From the IMG/VR virus record IMGVR_UViG_3300035703_000055, positions 1-64,000 of that record: 64,000 bases of DNA; one strand, 5' to 3'. Positions 63,119 through 64,000 of the stretch are shown in pieces (the first letter of the stretch is position 1; each line of letters opens with the position of its first letter). The notes under the pieces are model-generated. The model did no database searches, was not told the DNA's origin, and saw only the letters and a program-made list of their open reading frames with translations. This DNA is from a virus. The translations under genes were made by a program, and so were the position numbers.

Positions 63119-64000
63119 ATGGCCACATTTACCAACTGCCTGCAAATCGTCAACGCAATGCCTGAGCAGGACCAGGACGCACTCCTGACCCGGCTCGATG
63201 AGCTCCAGGCTCAGGGCATGAGCCCAAAAGAGGCGCAGCTGCAGGCGGCCATTGACGTGCTGACGCAGATTGAGCAGGCGGCCGATCCCGATTCGGGACT
63301 GGATAGCGTCGACATCCGCTGGAGCCCCCGACGCGAGCCGGCGCCGGAGAAGACCGTCAAGGCATACAAGCTGTTCCGTGTTGACGCCCGGCAGCCTGGG
63401 AAGCTATTCCCGCTCTTCGTGAATGCCAACGAGCCGATCGACATGGGCGCCTGGCTCGATGCCGATGAGGGGCCAATGCAGGGCGGCAAGGTCAAAAGCA
63501 AGCTCGGCCCGCTCGCTTACCGTCCGGGCTGGCATGCGGGCGATCTGCCAATCGCAACGCACATTGGCGGCAAATCAAACGCAGCGCTTAAGAAGCCTGA
63601 CTTGCGCCCGGACAACCAGGTCTGGGCCGAGATTGAGATGGCCGCGGATGTTGACTGGCAAGCCGAGGCCACTAAGCGCGGCACCAACGCCGACGGCAAG
63701 CTGGTTGCCGTGCGCGCTCACATCACCGACCAGATCCCGGTGAACGGCTTCTACCGCTACAAGACCAACCCCAACATGACGGGAAACTGGCTGATTGGCG
63801 GCTCAATGAAAGTCAATCGCATCCTGTCCGACGCGGAAGTCGAGCGCATCAATGCCGCCGCCGGCGTAGCGGACCTCCAAAGGGAAGAGCCATTTGACGC
63901 CAAGAAGTACGGCTTCAAGATGCGCAAGTCTGTCGACCGCCCTCAGTTCTACAGCCAGCTGCAGCGCGCCATTGAAGGCGTGCCTGATCGCCTGAGCAAC
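63119..64000 (+). CDS. second large polyvalent protein (truncated by the window end)
   Basis: open from ATG 63119 to the window end (hand translation); KTVKAYKLF..LAYRPGWH domain, then MRKSVDR linker and FYSQL domain start. Confidence 0.85.
   Translation, partial: MATFTNCLQIVNAMPEQDQDALLTRLDELQAQGMSPKEAQLQAAIDVLTQIEQAADPDSGLDSVDIRWSPRREPAPEKTVKAYKLFRVDARQPGKLFPLFVNANEPIDMGAWLDADEGPMQGGKVKSKLGPLAYRPGWHAGDLPIATHIGGKSNAALKKPDLRPDNQVWAEIEMAADVDWQAEATKRGTNADGKLVAVRAHITDQIPVNGFYRYKTNPNMTGNWLIGGSMKVNRILSDAEVERINAAAGVADLQREEPFDAKKYGFKMRKSVDRPQFYSQLQRAIEGVPDRLSN

Noticed and set aside
1-64000. Integrase, att sites or prophage boundaries
   Set aside because: None seen; both window ends lie within phage sequence, so lifestyle is inferred only from the repressor and recombination genes

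Overview
The whole 64 kb window is bacteriophage DNA with no host genes, no integrase and no genome end visible. It looks like a temperate-type tailed phage with podovirus-like morphogenesis genes; a GC-rich Betaproteobacterial (Burkholderiales-like) host is my inference. Layout: (1) 1-8.8 kb, leftward early/recombination genes (YqaJ exonuclease, RecT, GNAT, NrdR-type Zn ribbon) and a ~650-nt highly structured non-coding unit. (2) 8.7-9.6 kb, control region with an XRE repressor, no cro, and a C4-like antisense RNA. (3) 9.8-14.9 kb, rightward replication/nin block (initiator with iterons, DnaC-like loader, HU, DUF1064, Q-like protein, HslV-like Ntn protease, YbcO-like nuclease). (4) 14.9-24.5 kb, leftward cluster of about 30 small accessory ORFs. 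(5) 24.6-64 kb, rightward late region: tRNA(CAT), NinI-like phosphatase, terminase, portal, scaffold, N4-gp56-type capsid, tail and fibre genes, lysis cassette, 2OG-Fe(II) oxygenase, ejection proteins, a 2772-aa polyvalent protein and the start of a second one. The most notable candidate is a +1-frame gene overprinted inside the giant polyvalent gene, directly behind a DNA-glycosylase-like domain, with its own promoter-like signal and RBS; it may be a nested immunity or inhibitor gene. Other highlights: a genome-wide CAAC-N5-GTTG box found in two promoter geometries, two large structured non-coding RNA candidates, a recurring (I/L/M)R(K)SxxR junction motif between polyvalent domains, and micro-proteins resembling the ClpX zinc domain and the ribonucleotide reductase C-terminal tail. 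All family names come from recognising motifs by eye; no database search was run.
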